Assembly: GCA_963716725.1 (NCBI GenBank)
Contig: CAVQUB010000005.1
Coordinates: forward strand, 320,001-384,000
Direction of reading: 5' to 3'
Origin: an uncultured delta proteobacterium
Lineage (GTDB): Bacteria > Myxococcota_A > Polyangia > Polyangiales > Polyangiaceae
Length of the DNA stretch: 64,000 nt
Both the position numbers and the translations under genes were made by a program. A model generated the notes under the pieces. The model made no database searches. It was not told the DNA's origin and saw nothing but the letters and a program-made list of their open reading frames with translations. Below, piece by piece: positions 19,217 through 29,432 of this stretch (positions are counted from its first letter, which is position 1; each line of letters opens with the position of its first letter).

Positions 19217-20887
19217 ATGAGGGAGCCCCCCCTGCGCCGGATCTGGCGGACCCGAAGCTGTTGGGTGCCGCGGCTTCCCGCCCTGGTGGCGCTGGCCGTG
19301 GCGCTCGTGCTGGTGAGCGACGCGAACTGGTTCTTCCTTCGGCCTGGCCCCGCCGTCCTCAACGACATGGACGAAGGCTACGCACAGGCCATCGCGCGTC
19401 GCATGATCGAGGGCCGCTGGCTGCCCTACGTCGACGGGGTGAGCCACCGTGGCCCGGTGTTCTATTGGGTTGCCGCCATCGGCGCGCGCATCTTCGGCAG
19501 CGAGAGCTGGCTGTCGATGCGCGTTCTGGCTTGGCTGATGCTGGTTTCAACCCTAACCCTGGGCTTCACCACGGCCGTGTTGCTCAAACGCTGGCTCGCC
19601 GGGGGCATCATGGCGCTAGGCTACGTGGCCATCTGTCTCGGCAGCATGAGCGCGCACGACGGTCTGGCCATGAACGCCGAGCACGTGCTGAACGTGTTCG
19701 TGCTCGCGGCGCTGCCCTGTTTGATCGTGGGGCTCCGTTGCGCATCGAGCCCGCGTGCTCTGGCGTGGCTCGCGGTCGCGGGGGCGCTCACCATGCTCGG
19801 GGGTCTGGCGAAACAGGTGGGCTTGGCTGCCTTGGGTCCCTTCGGACTGTGGGTGATCTGCGCCGCGATCGCGCGCGGCGAGCTGTCTCGTCGGCGGCGC
19901 GTCGGCCTGGTTGTGTCCTTCGCGATCGGCGCGCTGGCGCCGCTCGCGGTGGTGCTGGCGCGCTACGCCGTCGCCGGCGAGCTCAGCGCGTTCGTGTATT
20001 ACTTCTACACCTACAACACCCGCGTCTACGTGGGAGGCGTCGGCGAACACACCAAGTCGCTCTTCGACCTGTTCTGGACCCGCAAGTTCGATCTCTTGGT
20101 GATCGCGGCGCCGCTGCTGGGATTCGCGCTCTTTCACGGCATCGCCGGGGCGCGGCGCCTGAGGGATGTGCCCCGGGCCTTCGACGCGCGGGGCGCAGAG
20201 TCCACCGTCATGCTCCAGGCCGTCGTCGCCCTCGCCATCTCGAACGGTGGTCGCCGCGATTTCGGCCACTACTACCTCCAGGTGCTGCCCTGGGCGGGGC
20301 TGTTCGGCGGCTTGGTCGTCGAACGACTGCTCGAGCAGAGCGCGTACCGAGAGCGGGTGCATTGGCTGAGAGCGACCCTTGGGCGCTCGCTGATCGTCCT
20401 GCCCGCCGTCGCCATCGCAATTGCAGGCTGGACCGTGCGCGTCCGCCAGTACCAACAGCGAGGACATGGCGGCTTCAAGTCGGCAAGCTGGCCCATCTGC
20501 AAGTTCGTCCAGGAGAAATCCAAGCCGAGCGACTCGATCTTTCTCTGGGGTTTCGACCCCGCGCCCTACACCGCCTGCAAGCGCAGGCCTGCGTCGCGCT
20601 ACGTGTACACGACGTTCCCAAGCGGCTACATCCCCTTCTTGAGCCGGACACCGGAAGTCGAAGCGCAGCAGGTGGCGCCGGGCTCCCAAGAGATCTTGCT
20701 GCGCGAACTCGAGCAGTCGCGGCCGGCCTTGATCTTCGACTCGGCGAGGTCGATGGGTGGACGGTCCATCATGCAGTACGAGCGGTTGGCGAGCTTCGTC
20801 AAAGCCGGCTATTGCCGCGCGGACGTCAACGTGGGCGGTCCGACGCCGTGGGTGCAGAAGAGCGGCAACGACTGCCCGAGCCGTTGA
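19217..20887 (+). CDS. Polytopic GT-C fold glycosyltransferase (ArnT/PMT-like)
   Basis: DEG.Y-like acidic motif after TM1, LPYVD..SHRGP, NAE, KQ and HYYLQ motifs; many TM helices. Confidence 0.7.
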   Translation: MREPPLRRIWRTRSCWVPRLPALVALAVALVLVSDANWFFLRPGPAVLNDMDEGYAQAIARRMIEGRWLPYVDGVSHRGPVFYWVAAIGARIFGSESWLSMRVLAWLMLVSTLTLGFTTAVLLKRWLAGGIMALGYVAICLGSMSAHDGLAMNAEHVLNVFVLAALPCLIVGLRCASSPRALAWLAVAGALTMLGGLAKQVGLAALGPFGLWVICAAIARGELSRRRRVGLVVSFAIGALAPLAVVLARYAVAGELSAFVYYFYTYNTRVYVGGVGEHTKSLFDLFWTRKFDLLVIAAPLLGFALFHGIAGARRLRDVPRAFDARGAESTVMLQAVVALAISNGGRRDFGHYYLQVLPWAGLFGGLVVERLLEQSAYRERVHWLRATLGRSLIVLPAVAIAIAGWTVRVRQYQQRGHGGFKSASWPICKFVQEKSKPSDSIFLWGFDPAPYTACKRRPASRYVYTTFPSGYIPFLSRTPEVEAQQVAPGSQEILLRELEQSRPALIFDSARSMGGRSIMQYERLASFVKAGYCRADVNVGGPTPWVQKSGNDCPSR

Positions 20888-20888
20888 C

Positions 20889-23342
20889 TCAGAGAGCCTC
20901 GAGAAACGCGATCAGTTCGGCGAGTTGTTGCGCGCTGAGGTGACCGGTGGCGCCGTGCGTGTCGGGCATGCCACGCGTCTCGTTGTGCCCGATCTCGCCC
21001 GGCGACAGCGCCGGATGTCCGGGGGTCGCCAGCGCTTCTCGCAGGCTGCGGGCGCGTCCGTCGTGATAAAATGCGCGCGCGCGATCCCAGACGCCACGCA
21101 GCTGAGGCACACCAAAGTGGATCCCGCCCTCGGTTTGCACCGCCTGCGGGAAGGTTCCGATGAAGCCCGGCGTCAGACCATCTGCCGCCTTGCCAGTGAT
21201 CGGGTTCAACGTGGGCGTGATCAGCGCCGGAAACTTGAGCGGCACCGCGAATGGGTTGAACCCGGTCGCGACCGTCGTCAGTGGCAACGGATGGCACGAG
21301 TTGCAGCCGGTCTCCGGAGAGACGTAGAGGTCGCGCCCGCGGCGCGCGGCAGGAAGGTCCAAGGCCTGGTTCGGGTTGGGCAGAAAGCGCGGACGCTGCA
21401 TCAAGAAGAGGCCCAGCGCCCGGGTGACCCCGGCAAAGTCGAGTCCGACGCCCTCGCGCTGGGTTTGACCGCTGCCGTCCGTGTACTCCTGGTACAGGCC
21501 ATCGCCGAAGCTGGTGTCCCGGCCAAACAGCTGCTTCGCAGCGTCTTTGAAGGCTGCGTTGCGCACCAGGTGCACGCTGCCATAAGTTCGGGTCTTGCAC
21601 TCGGGCGGCGGGTCGTTTCGACAGTCGAGCACATGGTTGCAGCCGGGCTTCGACTTGTCGGCTTGGCACTCGGTGACCGTGGGGAATTTGCTCCAGATCA
21701 GCGGATCGAGTTGCTCGCAACAGTAGTTCTCTTTGCGGCCGAACTCGTTGATGACCGGGAAGAAGTTGGACTCGTCCATGGCGCTCTCGAAGAACCACGG
21801 GCGAGTGTCGAAGGCGCCGCGATAGGCCATCACCATGCGTGTTCCCCAGACCGTGTCGCCCTGCAGCGGCATCGCCACCGGCTTCGCGAGGTTGTTGCCT
21901 TCGCGGTGGCAGTGGGCGCAGGTCTGGTCGCCGTCGACGGTGAAGCCCGCAGTGACGAAGTTGATGGCCTCGCCGATCTCGGCGTCCGTCGCGGGGAACT
22001 CGCCGTCGCGCACGTCACCGACCAGGATGCGCCGCTCGGCGCCGGGGCCGGCTGCGAGGTCGAGCACGCTGACGTACTCGCCCAGGCGCTCGGCGACGAA
22101 GGCGCGCTTGCCGTCCGGGTGAGCCACGACGCCGTAGGGGTTCATTCCGGTACGGAAGAGCGCGCCCGCAGCCTGTTTCGTGCTCAGCTTGCCGGCGCTC
22201 GAGATCTGGAAGGCCTGCACTTCATTCGAGCCGCTGCAGGCGACCAGCAGGCTGTCGCCCCTGAGGCTCATCTGTTCGGGCAGCGCGCAGGCCACGAGCC
22301 AGGTGTCCTTCGCGGGCAGGTAGTCGAGCCGGGACGCGGGCCACGGGTCCGGAGCGGGCAAGAGGGCGCCTTTCTCTGGGTGGTCGGGATCGACGTCGCG
22401 GAAATCTCGGCAACAAATGCTGTCGCTCGTGTAGTTCCAGAGCGGCTGACCGTCGTGATCCAGGACCGCGATCTCGTTCTGCAGATCTTGGAACATCACG
22501 TTGGCGGTGCCGTCGCCCGGCAGCCCGTCGCCGTCGGTGTCGTAGCCCTCGTCGGGTCGATGCTGGGAGCCGCGCCCCGTATGAGTGACGAGCACGAAGC
22601 TCTGGTTGACGACCACGTCGCCCGGGGGCGAGGCCAGGTTCACACGGGTGATCTCCCGGGCCTGCTCGGTATCGATGATGCCAAGCGAGACCCCGGTGCC
22701 GCTCGCCACGAACAGACGTGAGCCGTCCGGAGCGATGGCCAGGTCCCGGGGGTTGTCCGCCACCGGGATCCCGACCGGGTCTTCCGGTCGCACGCCGCGG
22801 TAGTTGTCGCCGGTGACGCGGAAGCTGGAGCCGACCTCCAAGTCCCAGAAGAGCACGCTGTCTTTCCAGCGATTGGTGAAGTAGGCGCGCTTGCCGTCCG
22901 GCGAAAACACGACGTCGATGCTGTACCAAGGGATGGCGATCTCTTTCACGACCTCGTCGGAATTGGTGTCGATCACCGAGGCGAAGTTCGAGAACCGATT
23001 GGTGACCACCAGGAAGCGCCCGTCCGGATGCAGGGCCAGGCCGGTTGGGCTCGATCCGACCCGGATCTTCTTCAGCAGGTGCTCGCTGCCCGTGTCCACC
23101 ACGGCCACGTACTCGCCGGGCTCGTCCTCGACCCCTTGGAGAGTGACGTACAAGCGGTCGCCGTCCCGCGACAGCGCGAGCTCCAGCGGGTGATCTCGCC
23201 GCGGCTGCGGAGCCCACAACGGGTCCGACGGTCCAAAGGGGTTCTCGTAGGGCCTGAGCGCATTCTTGCTCAGGGGCGCGCGTTCCTCGCCGTCCGAACA
23301 ACCCACGAGCAGTACGGCGCAGAGGATCGCCCGACCCCTCAC
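20889..23342 (-). CDS. Lipoprotein: YVTN-type beta-propeller fused to a di-heme cytochrome c (CCP/MauG-like) domain
   Basis: LVGC lipobox; repeats such as VGSSPTGLALHPDG; heme motifs CAHCH and CNSCH; VPQLRGVW...FYHDGRA. Confidence 0.8.
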   Translation of the reverse strand: MRGRAILCAVLLVGCSDGEERAPLSKNALRPYENPFGPSDPLWAPQPRRDHPLELALSRDGDRLYVTLQGVEDEPGEYVAVVDTGSEHLLKKIRVGSSPTGLALHPDGRFLVVTNRFSNFASVIDTNSDEVVKEIAIPWYSIDVVFSPDGKRAYFTNRWKDSVLFWDLEVGSSFRVTGDNYRGVRPEDPVGIPVADNPRDLAIAPDGSRLFVASGTGVSLGIIDTEQAREITRVNLASPPGDVVVNQSFVLVTHTGRGSQHRPDEGYDTDGDGLPGDGTANVMFQDLQNEIAVLDHDGQPLWNYTSDSICCRDFRDVDPDHPEKGALLPAPDPWPASRLDYLPAKDTWLVACALPEQMSLRGDSLLVACSGSNEVQAFQISSAGKLSTKQAAGALFRTGMNPYGVVAHPDGKRAFVAERLGEYVSVLDLAAGPGAERRILVGDVRDGEFPATDAEIGEAINFVTAGFTVDGDQTCAHCHREGNNLAKPVAMPLQGDTVWGTRMVMAYRGAFDTRPWFFESAMDESNFFPVINEFGRKENYCCEQLDPLIWSKFPTVTECQADKSKPGCNHVLDCRNDPPPECKTRTYGSVHLVRNAAFKDAAKQLFGRDTSFGDGLYQEYTDGSGQTQREGVGLDFAGVTRALGLFLMQRPRFLPNPNQALDLPAARRGRDLYVSPETGCNSCHPLPLTTVATGFNPFAVPLKFPALITPTLNPITGKAADGLTPGFIGTFPQAVQTEGGIHFGVPQLRGVWDRARAFYHDGRARSLREALATPGHPALSPGEIGHNETRGMPDTHGATGHLSAQQLAELIAFLEAL

Positions 23343-23875
23343 GTTCCGCCGTCCGGGTTGTCGCAGACCAAGCCTCCATCCTCTTGCTGCACGCAGTTCT
23401 CGTCGTCGCGGAGCGTCACCGTTCTCTTGGTCGAGCCGACGCAGCCTGCCGCCTTGGCAGTGACGGTGATTTCGGCGTTCTTGGCGACGATTTCCGCGAT
23501 GGGAATGTCATTGAAAAAGACCAACACTTCGTCAGCGAAGAGCGCGCCACCCTCTTCGCTCACCTTCACGGGCGTATCGGCGAGCGAGTACGGGGTCTGC
23601 CCATCGACGACGATGCGCGCCGAGTAGGTGGCGCTCGGCGCTTTCACGTCTTTCAGCTCGAGCGCCGACCGGATGTAGCGAAACCCCTGAAACCCGAGGG
23701 TGATCTCGGCGTCGTCTCCGTCCTTGAAGGGCTCGAAGGCGCCGCCCGGGCTCCGGTGGCCCCAGTTCAACGTGTAATTGCAGCTCGGGCCGGCGTCGGG
23801 CTTGTTGTCTGCCGGGTCGTCGTTCGAGCATCCGAAGCAGAGGCTGATCGCGCACAGAATCAAGAGTCGCTTCAT
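23339..23875 (-). CDS. Hypothetical lipoprotein
   Basis: CFGC lipobox; G.QG motif; stop overlaps the next start; lies within the operon. Confidence 0.7.
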   Translation of the reverse strand: MKRLLILCAISLCFGCSNDDPADNKPDAGPSCNYTLNWGHRSPGGAFEPFKDGDDAEITLGFQGFRYIRSALELKDVKAPSATYSARIVVDGQTPYSLADTPVKVSEEGGALFADEVLVFFNDIPIAEIVAKNAEITVTAKAAGCVGSTKRTVTLRDDENCVQQEDGGLVCDNPDGGT

Positions 23876-23878
23876 GGC

Positions 23879-24970
23879 TCAATACTCCGCGTGGGCTCCG
23901 AGCTGAAAGATGAACGCCCGCCGGGCGTCTAGGGGTTCGAAGGTGGAGAAGTGCTGGTCGTAGAACTCGGTTCGCGCCGTGAGCCGCAGGTCATTCGCGA
24001 AGGCAACGGGGCCCACGCCGACTTCGCCGCGCAGCCCGGCCAACACCGACCAATTCTCGCTCAGCATCTTGTCCCGGCTACGATAGCGCGGAAGCGTGCC
24101 GACGGCCGCGGCGTAGCGTTCTTGGTAGAAGCTGGCCTCGCCCTGGGAGTAGCCCCGCAGGTCGATGCCGACGATGGCGCGCTCCTGACGCGTAGCGTGC
24201 TGGATCCCCGCTTCCGCCGTGTGGCTGCCGAGTCCCCAGCTGTCTCGATACAGCCGGTAGCCGCCGGAGAGGAACCAGCGCCGCGAGAGCGCCCGCCGCA
24301 CACCGACCGCCACCGCGTGCCGCACGCGCCACTCGGGGTGGCGCTCGGGCGCGCTGACGGTGGTCGAGGCAGACCAGTCGATGGGCACGAAGCGGTAGGG
24401 CGACGACTGGAAGCCGCTCTGCGCCTGGATCTCGTAGGCGATGTTGGCCACCGTCCAGCGATCGACGACGTATGAAAGACTGGGGCCGAGGGCGACGACC
24501 CGGAGCGCGCGCCACTCGCTCTCGGGCTCGCCGGCCCGGCCCACGCGGTCGAAGGAGACCCGCAAGTCGAGGCGCTGCTCGAGGCGCCGCTCCAGCCACT
24601 CGTACCCCGCTCGCAGCGCGAGACCGTGGGAGTCGTAGTCCTTCTCCCAGGTCGGCAGGTACCTCAGCCCGAAGGTGACCTCGCGTTCGGGCTTCCAGAT
24701 CACGCCGGCCATGAGGCCGTGCCTCACTTCTTCGAAGCCGTGGGGGGAAGCGGCGGTGAGCACGTCGATGCTGGCGGCGCTGATGATGTCCGCCTCCCAG
24801 GCCACCTCCAGGTCGATGGTCGAGTCGACCTCCTGTCGCAGCGCGACCTCGGGCGAGACCACGGTCAGCCCGTCGTCGTCCGCGTACGCGGAGACGAACG
24901 CAGTCGCCCGACTGTCGGCGTGAGCGTTCGCGGCAATGAGCGCGACCGTGAGGCCTACTTGCAGCCGCAT
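23879..24970 (-). CDS. DUF3570-like outer-membrane beta-barrel protein
   Basis: DIISAAS, EKDYDS, GFQSSPYR, YRLYRDSWG..SHT and RSRDK.L motifs; next to DUF4266. Confidence 0.75.
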   Translation of the reverse strand: MRLQVGLTVALIAANAHADSRATAFVSAYADDDGLTVVSPEVALRQEVDSTIDLEVAWEADIISAASIDVLTAASPHGFEEVRHGLMAGVIWKPEREVTFGLRYLPTWEKDYDSHGLALRAGYEWLERRLEQRLDLRVSFDRVGRAGEPESEWRALRVVALGPSLSYVVDRWTVANIAYEIQAQSGFQSSPYRFVPIDWSASTTVSAPERHPEWRVRHAVAVGVRRALSRRWFLSGGYRLYRDSWGLGSHTAEAGIQHATRQERAIVGIDLRGYSQGEASFYQERYAAAVGTLPRYRSRDKMLSENWSVLAGLRGEVGVGPVAFANDLRLTARTEFYDQHFSTFEPLDARRAFIFQLGAHAEY

Positions 24971-25164
24971 CCGCCACCGACCTCGCCGCTCGCCCCGGTG
25001 GAGCCTTCACGGGCGCCGAGCATGTGTCCGCGCGCCCGACCCTCCGAAGGTCGCGCGTCGGGAGACATGCAGCGGCTCGCCAGCGTGCCGCGCTGCCAGG
25101 CGTGAACCGGCGCGCAGCCCGCGGTGAGCGCGAGCACCATGACGACGAACACCCGAAGCATCAC
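24955..25164 (-). CDS. DUF4266-like small lipoprotein
   Basis: LTAGC lipobox, V.AWQRG.LA, REGS.G and C-terminal GGGCGC. Confidence 0.8.
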   Translation of the reverse strand: MMLRVFVVMVLALTAGCAPVHAWQRGTLASRCMSPDARPSEGRARGHMLGAREGSTGASGEVGGGCGCK

Positions 25165-25601
25165 CGTCGCCCGCGCGCCACCCAGCCCTCGAGCTTGCGA
25201 TACCGGTCGTCGCTCTTGCCTTCGAAGACGGCACCGCCGCCGTGGTGGGTCTTGGCGTAGTCGGCCAGGGGTTTTCGCAAGAGCAGGGTCTCTTCGGCGA
25301 GGTCGGAGTCCGACGAAAGCACACAGCTCATCGTGAAGTTGTGGAGGAGCTCCGCTTCGCTCAGCGGCTCGGCCAGGTGCGTGCGCGACTCATCCATGCG
25401 CCGCACCATGGGTGAGTAGAGCGAATAGGCGCGCTCGGGGCGCGCGTGACACGAGGGGTTGCTGCAACCTTCGGCGAGGATAGGCTGGATCTCCGTCCTG
25501 AATTCCTCGTAGTCGAGCCAGTGGACGCTCTCGGTCCCCGCTTCGGGTGCACCACCACAGCCGAGCGCGAAGACGCCGACAGCCCAGAGCCAGCGCGTCA
25601 T
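25161..25601 (-). CDS. Small lipoprotein with a Cx4CH putative heme motif
   Basis: MTRWLWAVGVFALGC; EIQPILAEGCSNPSCH; LLRKPL...HGGG. Fused to the upstream ORF in the ORF track only because of a frameshift. Confidence 0.7.
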   Translation of the reverse strand: MTRWLWAVGVFALGCGGAPEAGTESVHWLDYEEFRTEIQPILAEGCSNPSCHARPERAYSLYSPMVRRMDESRTHLAEPLSEAELLHNFTMSCVLSSDSDLAEETLLLRKPLADYAKTHHGGGAVFEGKSDDRYRKLEGWVARGRR

Positions 25602-28466
25602 GGGGTCACTCCTCGGTAGGGCGCGCCGAGATCCACCCATCGCACGAAGGTCCTGCGTTCGTCGTCGTTGAGGGGCGGGTCCCCCACGCAGCTGCCTCCG
25701 CCGAGCGATCGCCCAGCGCCGAACTCGCGGGCGTAGAGTCGCTCGATCAAGTGGCTCTGGAACGCGCTTGGGGTCTGGGAGTCCACGTAAGCGAAGCCGT
25801 TGCTGGAGCCCTGGCCCTTCTGCAAGAGCGCCAAGTAGGCGCTGTCGAATGGGGGGGCGGGTGAGGGGGTCAAGCTCGAGATCTCCCTGGGGCGCCGCGC
25901 TATCGTGGCATTTCTGGCACGAGCGCGCGATGAGGGGTGCAATGTCCGCGACGTAGCTGACCGCGATGCGGTCCGCGCCGACGCTCACCGGCTTCCGCGG
26001 TCGGCGGGCGTCGCCGTTTTCGTGGGTGGCCAGGGTGAGCGAGGCCGCGGTGACGATGTCGGGCACGGGCCCGCCCACGTCCTTCGGGTCGCCGCTCACG
26101 CCGCCGTGGCAGCCCGCGCACAGCGTCGGGTAGAGATCGGGCGACACACCGCCCGGGAACTTCTCGCCGGGCGCGACGTGATTGAATCGGTTGTGCTGCG
26201 TTCCGACGGCCATCCGATCTTTGTTGAGCAGCTGCACGCGGAATGGCGTGTCGGCGGGCACCGACAGGTAGACCGAGCCGCCGAGCAGCGGGGTCTCACC
26301 CAGGATGCGCGCGCGGCCGTGGAGGCTGACGCCCACCGGGGCGGTCGAGTGCTCGTTCGGCGTCTGCGGTACGCTTTCGATGAGCCGCAGGTAGACGAGG
26401 TCGTCGCGCAGCGTCTTCTTTCCGTGTTGCGACAGGTTCGCCATGATGGCCTCGAGGGTCTCGACGTGTCGGAACGCGACGGTGCCGGTGTTCGTCAGGC
26501 GCTCGCTGTCCCAGTCCGGCTCGTGATTGGGATCGTCTTCGAGGGGCCGCGCGACGATGGGTTCGGCGTCGTATTCGGCGACGCCCGGCTCGTCCAAGAG
26601 CACGCTCTCGGACTCGATGCGGGGTCCGCCGAGCTCGCGGCTCTCCACCAGCACCACCCTGCGCAGTCCGAACTCCGGCGAGGCACCCGGGTCGTCCAGA
26701 TCGACCGCGCTCTGGCTGCGAGTCACCAGCAAGCTGCCATCGGGCAGCGGCGCGGGGTGACGATAGAAGCCCGCCGCGGAGGGCCCGCTCGCTGCGACGT
26801 CGTCGCCCGAAAGGTAGGTGAACGCGTGGCGGAAGCCGCCCGTCGAGGTCTGATCGGCGAGAGCCTCCGGCATGTCGGGCCCGAACTGCCGATCGAAAAC
26901 CGCGAGCTTGCCCCCGCGCCAGACGTTGTCCTTGCCGATCATCACGCTGGAGAAGCGGCCGTCGGGAAGCGCCCGAGTCGCGTAGGTGACCCACGGGCTC
27001 TGGCTGATGCCGTGGTGGGCGTGGAGCTCTGGATCACCGTGGTACTTCTTGTTGTGATCGAGCGGCATGCGGAACACCGGAGCCTCGAAGCGCCCGCTCA
27101 GCGTGCGCCGCAGGGTGAAGGCCAGCGTTCCGTAGGATTTGCCTACGCCAAAGAAGGTCGGCGTGGCCGCCGGGAAGGGATCGTGGGTGAGTCGTTCGAG
27201 GGCGCCGCTCGTCGGCTCCACGGCCCAGACGTCGGTGTCGAGCTGGTCGAAGCCGTCGGCCATCGAACCGGTCCGCGTCGAGACGAAGAAGACTCTGCCA
27301 TCGGGGCCGTAGGTCGGCTGCGCATTGGCGGCGACCCCGCCTCCGGGCAGCGCCGCTGCGTCGTGGGTGAGCTGCTTGGCGTTCGCTCCGTCGACGTCGA
27401 TCTCCCAGATGTTGAGGGCTTCTTTCGGATCCCGTCGCATCGCGAACACGATGCGCTTGCCGTCGTGGCGCACGGCCGGATCGCGAACGTCGGCCGGCGC
27501 TTGGTGGAGCGTCTGGGTCAGGTTCCGGGTCTTGCCCGCCGCGGTCGCGGGCTCGAGGACCCACAAATCGCTGCCGGTCGGGCTGTTCTCGAAGGAGAAT
27601 GCACGATCTGGAGCGACCGGGCCGCGCACGAAGACCACCCCACTCACGCTGGGTTTCTCGGTGCCCAGTACGCGGGCGCGTTCGGCGTCTGCCCAGGTCA
27701 CGATGGCCTGCACGGCGGGATCGTCCGCGCCCTCCACGAAGAACATGTCGTTGCCGCCGCGATGGGCGATGCCCCCGAGCTCGATGGGGCGTGTCTTCCG
27801 CACCAAGCGCGACAAAAGGGGGTCGCCGCCCAAGAACAGATGCATGCGCGCGGCGTGATGGTTCTGCCTCAGGCGCGCCTTCGAGAACCTGGGCTCGTCG
27901 TTGATCACCACCGGCGGCGCGAAATTGGTGAAGGGAGCCACGGCACCGTGGCAGCTCTGGTTCATGCACTGCCGTGAGGCGAGATTCGGCAGCACCGTGT
28001 CGCCGAACAGTCGTTCCTCGTCCGTGAGCTCTTCGTCGCCCTCGCCTCCGCCGGTTTCTTCGGCGACCCAGCTGGCGATGGTGCGGTAGTCACTGTGACG
28101 GCGGCTCGAGAACTGGCTGCCCCCCAGGTGGGGATCGCCGCCTGCCGAGGCGGAGAGGGGCTTCTGGAGGAAGGTCGAGAGCTCCGGGTGCTCCCGGGTG
28201 TTGATGCGCCCCTTGGCCGTCTCGTAGGCCTGTTCGAGGTCGGCGATGGTCCCTTGTCCGGTCAGACGCACGTGGAAAAAGGACCAGTCGATGACCTCCC
28301 CCGCGATCTCGGCGTCAGGGCGGACGCCGTGGCACACCGAGCTGAGGCAGGTGTTTTCGAGGATGGGCGCTACGTCCTGGTCGAAATGCTCCCGAGCGGT
28401 GGGCGAGCCGCAGCCAGCGCTGGATAGCGCAGCCAAGAGCCAGAGGGGGACGGACCGCATTCGCAT
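25598..28466 (-). CDS. Large multiheme lipoprotein with TolB-like propeller and hydrazine-synthase-alpha-like middle domain; +1 frameshift near 25872
   Basis: SAGC lipobox; CLSSVCH, CMNQSCH, CAGCH and CQKCH; DPAVRHDGKRIVFAMR; VPADTPFRVQLLNKDRMAV. True C-terminus FDSAYLAL...RWVDLGA is in ORF 25598..25942. Confidence 0.7.
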
Positions 28467-28493
28467 GGCACAACCGGAGCGACTCACGTCTAG

Positions 28494-28509
28494 TGCAACG
28501 TACGCGCCA
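28494..28509 (-). promoter_or_regulatory. Sigma-54 promoter for the heme/DUF3570 operon
   Basis: Minus strand TGGCGCG-tacg-TTGCA, one mismatch from the consensus TGGCACG-N4-TTGCW, ending 27 nt before ATG 28466. Confidence 0.7.
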
Positions 28510-28610
28510 GGTTCAGAAGCGTAGCGCCCCGAGCGGAGGTCCGGGCGTGATGGACGTCAAGTCCAGGTGCGCCCCTGCGCCGGAGCCGACGCCGGTGCTA
28601 GCCTGGCGGC

Positions 28611-29432
28611 GTGGGCTATATCCCGTGGTTTCTGGCGGCTTCCTGCCTGCTCGCCGCCGGATGCCGGGAGAGCAAGCCCGGCGGTCAAGGCGGGGCCGGT
28701 GGCCTGAGCGGGTCGGGCGGGTGGGCCGGAGTCGGGGGCAGCGGTGGCAGCGTGTCCTGCAGCAGCGCGCCCGAGGTCGTTAGCTTCGTCACGGACGACG
28801 GCGTGAAGCTCGAGGCCGACGACTATCCGACGGGCGAAGGCTTCGGCCCGAGCGTCGTGCTCTTGCACATGATCCCGCCTGCCAACGATCGCACGAACTA
28901 TCCCAAGGTGTTCATCGACGCGCTCTTGGCGAAGAAGGTCCGAGTGCTCGCCGTCGATCGCCGGGGAGCCGGCGCCTCCGAGGGAGTCGCCCAAGCAGCG
29001 TACACTGGCCCCAACGGAAAGCTCGACGTCAAAGCCGCCCTTCGCCACCTGACGAGCGGCGAGTGCGGGGTGGATCCGCTCCGCATCGGTGTGGTCGGCG
29101 CATCCAATGGAACCACCTCGGCCCTCGACTACACCGTTCATGCAGCTCAGAATCCTGACGAAACGTTCCCCGGCGCGCTCGTCTTCCTCACTGGCGGCAC
29201 GTACACGGAGAATCAAACCGTGCTCGGTGATCATCACGCCGACCTCGACGCCTTGCCGATCCAGTTCGTGCATTCGGCGGCGGAGAGCGCCTGGAGCAAG
29301 GGCTACCAATCGGGCGCTCCGGCGACCTGGCGCTTCGAGGAGCTGGATCCGGGCGACCACGGGACCAAGATGTTCGACGCGCGACCCGAGAGCGTCGACT
29401 TGGTCGCCGGCTTCTTGAGCGAAGTGCTCTGA
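28611..29432 (+). CDS. Alpha/beta hydrolase lipoprotein
   Basis: LAAGC lipobox; VLLHM, D.RG.GAS, GASNG and HGT motifs. Confidence 0.8.
   Translation: MGYIPWFLAASCLLAAGCRESKPGGQGGAGGLSGSGGWAGVGGSGGSVSCSSAPEVVSFVTDDGVKLEADDYPTGEGFGPSVVLLHMIPPANDRTNYPKVFIDALLAKKVRVLAVDRRGAGASEGVAQAAYTGPNGKLDVKAALRHLTSGECGVDPLRIGVVGASNGTTSALDYTVHAAQNPDETFPGALVFLTGGTYTENQTVLGDHHADLDALPIQFVHSAAESAWSKGYQSGAPATWRFEELDPGDHGTKMFDARPESVDLVAGFLSEVL

Noticed and set aside
25598..28466. Anammox hydrazine synthase
   Set aside because: Only a shared domain resemblance; there is no hzsB/hzsC-type cluster context and the window looks myxobacterial.
25161..28487. Single 1108-aa protein
   Set aside because: A frameshift near 25872 fuses two genes; the downstream one has its own ATG (25601) and lipobox.
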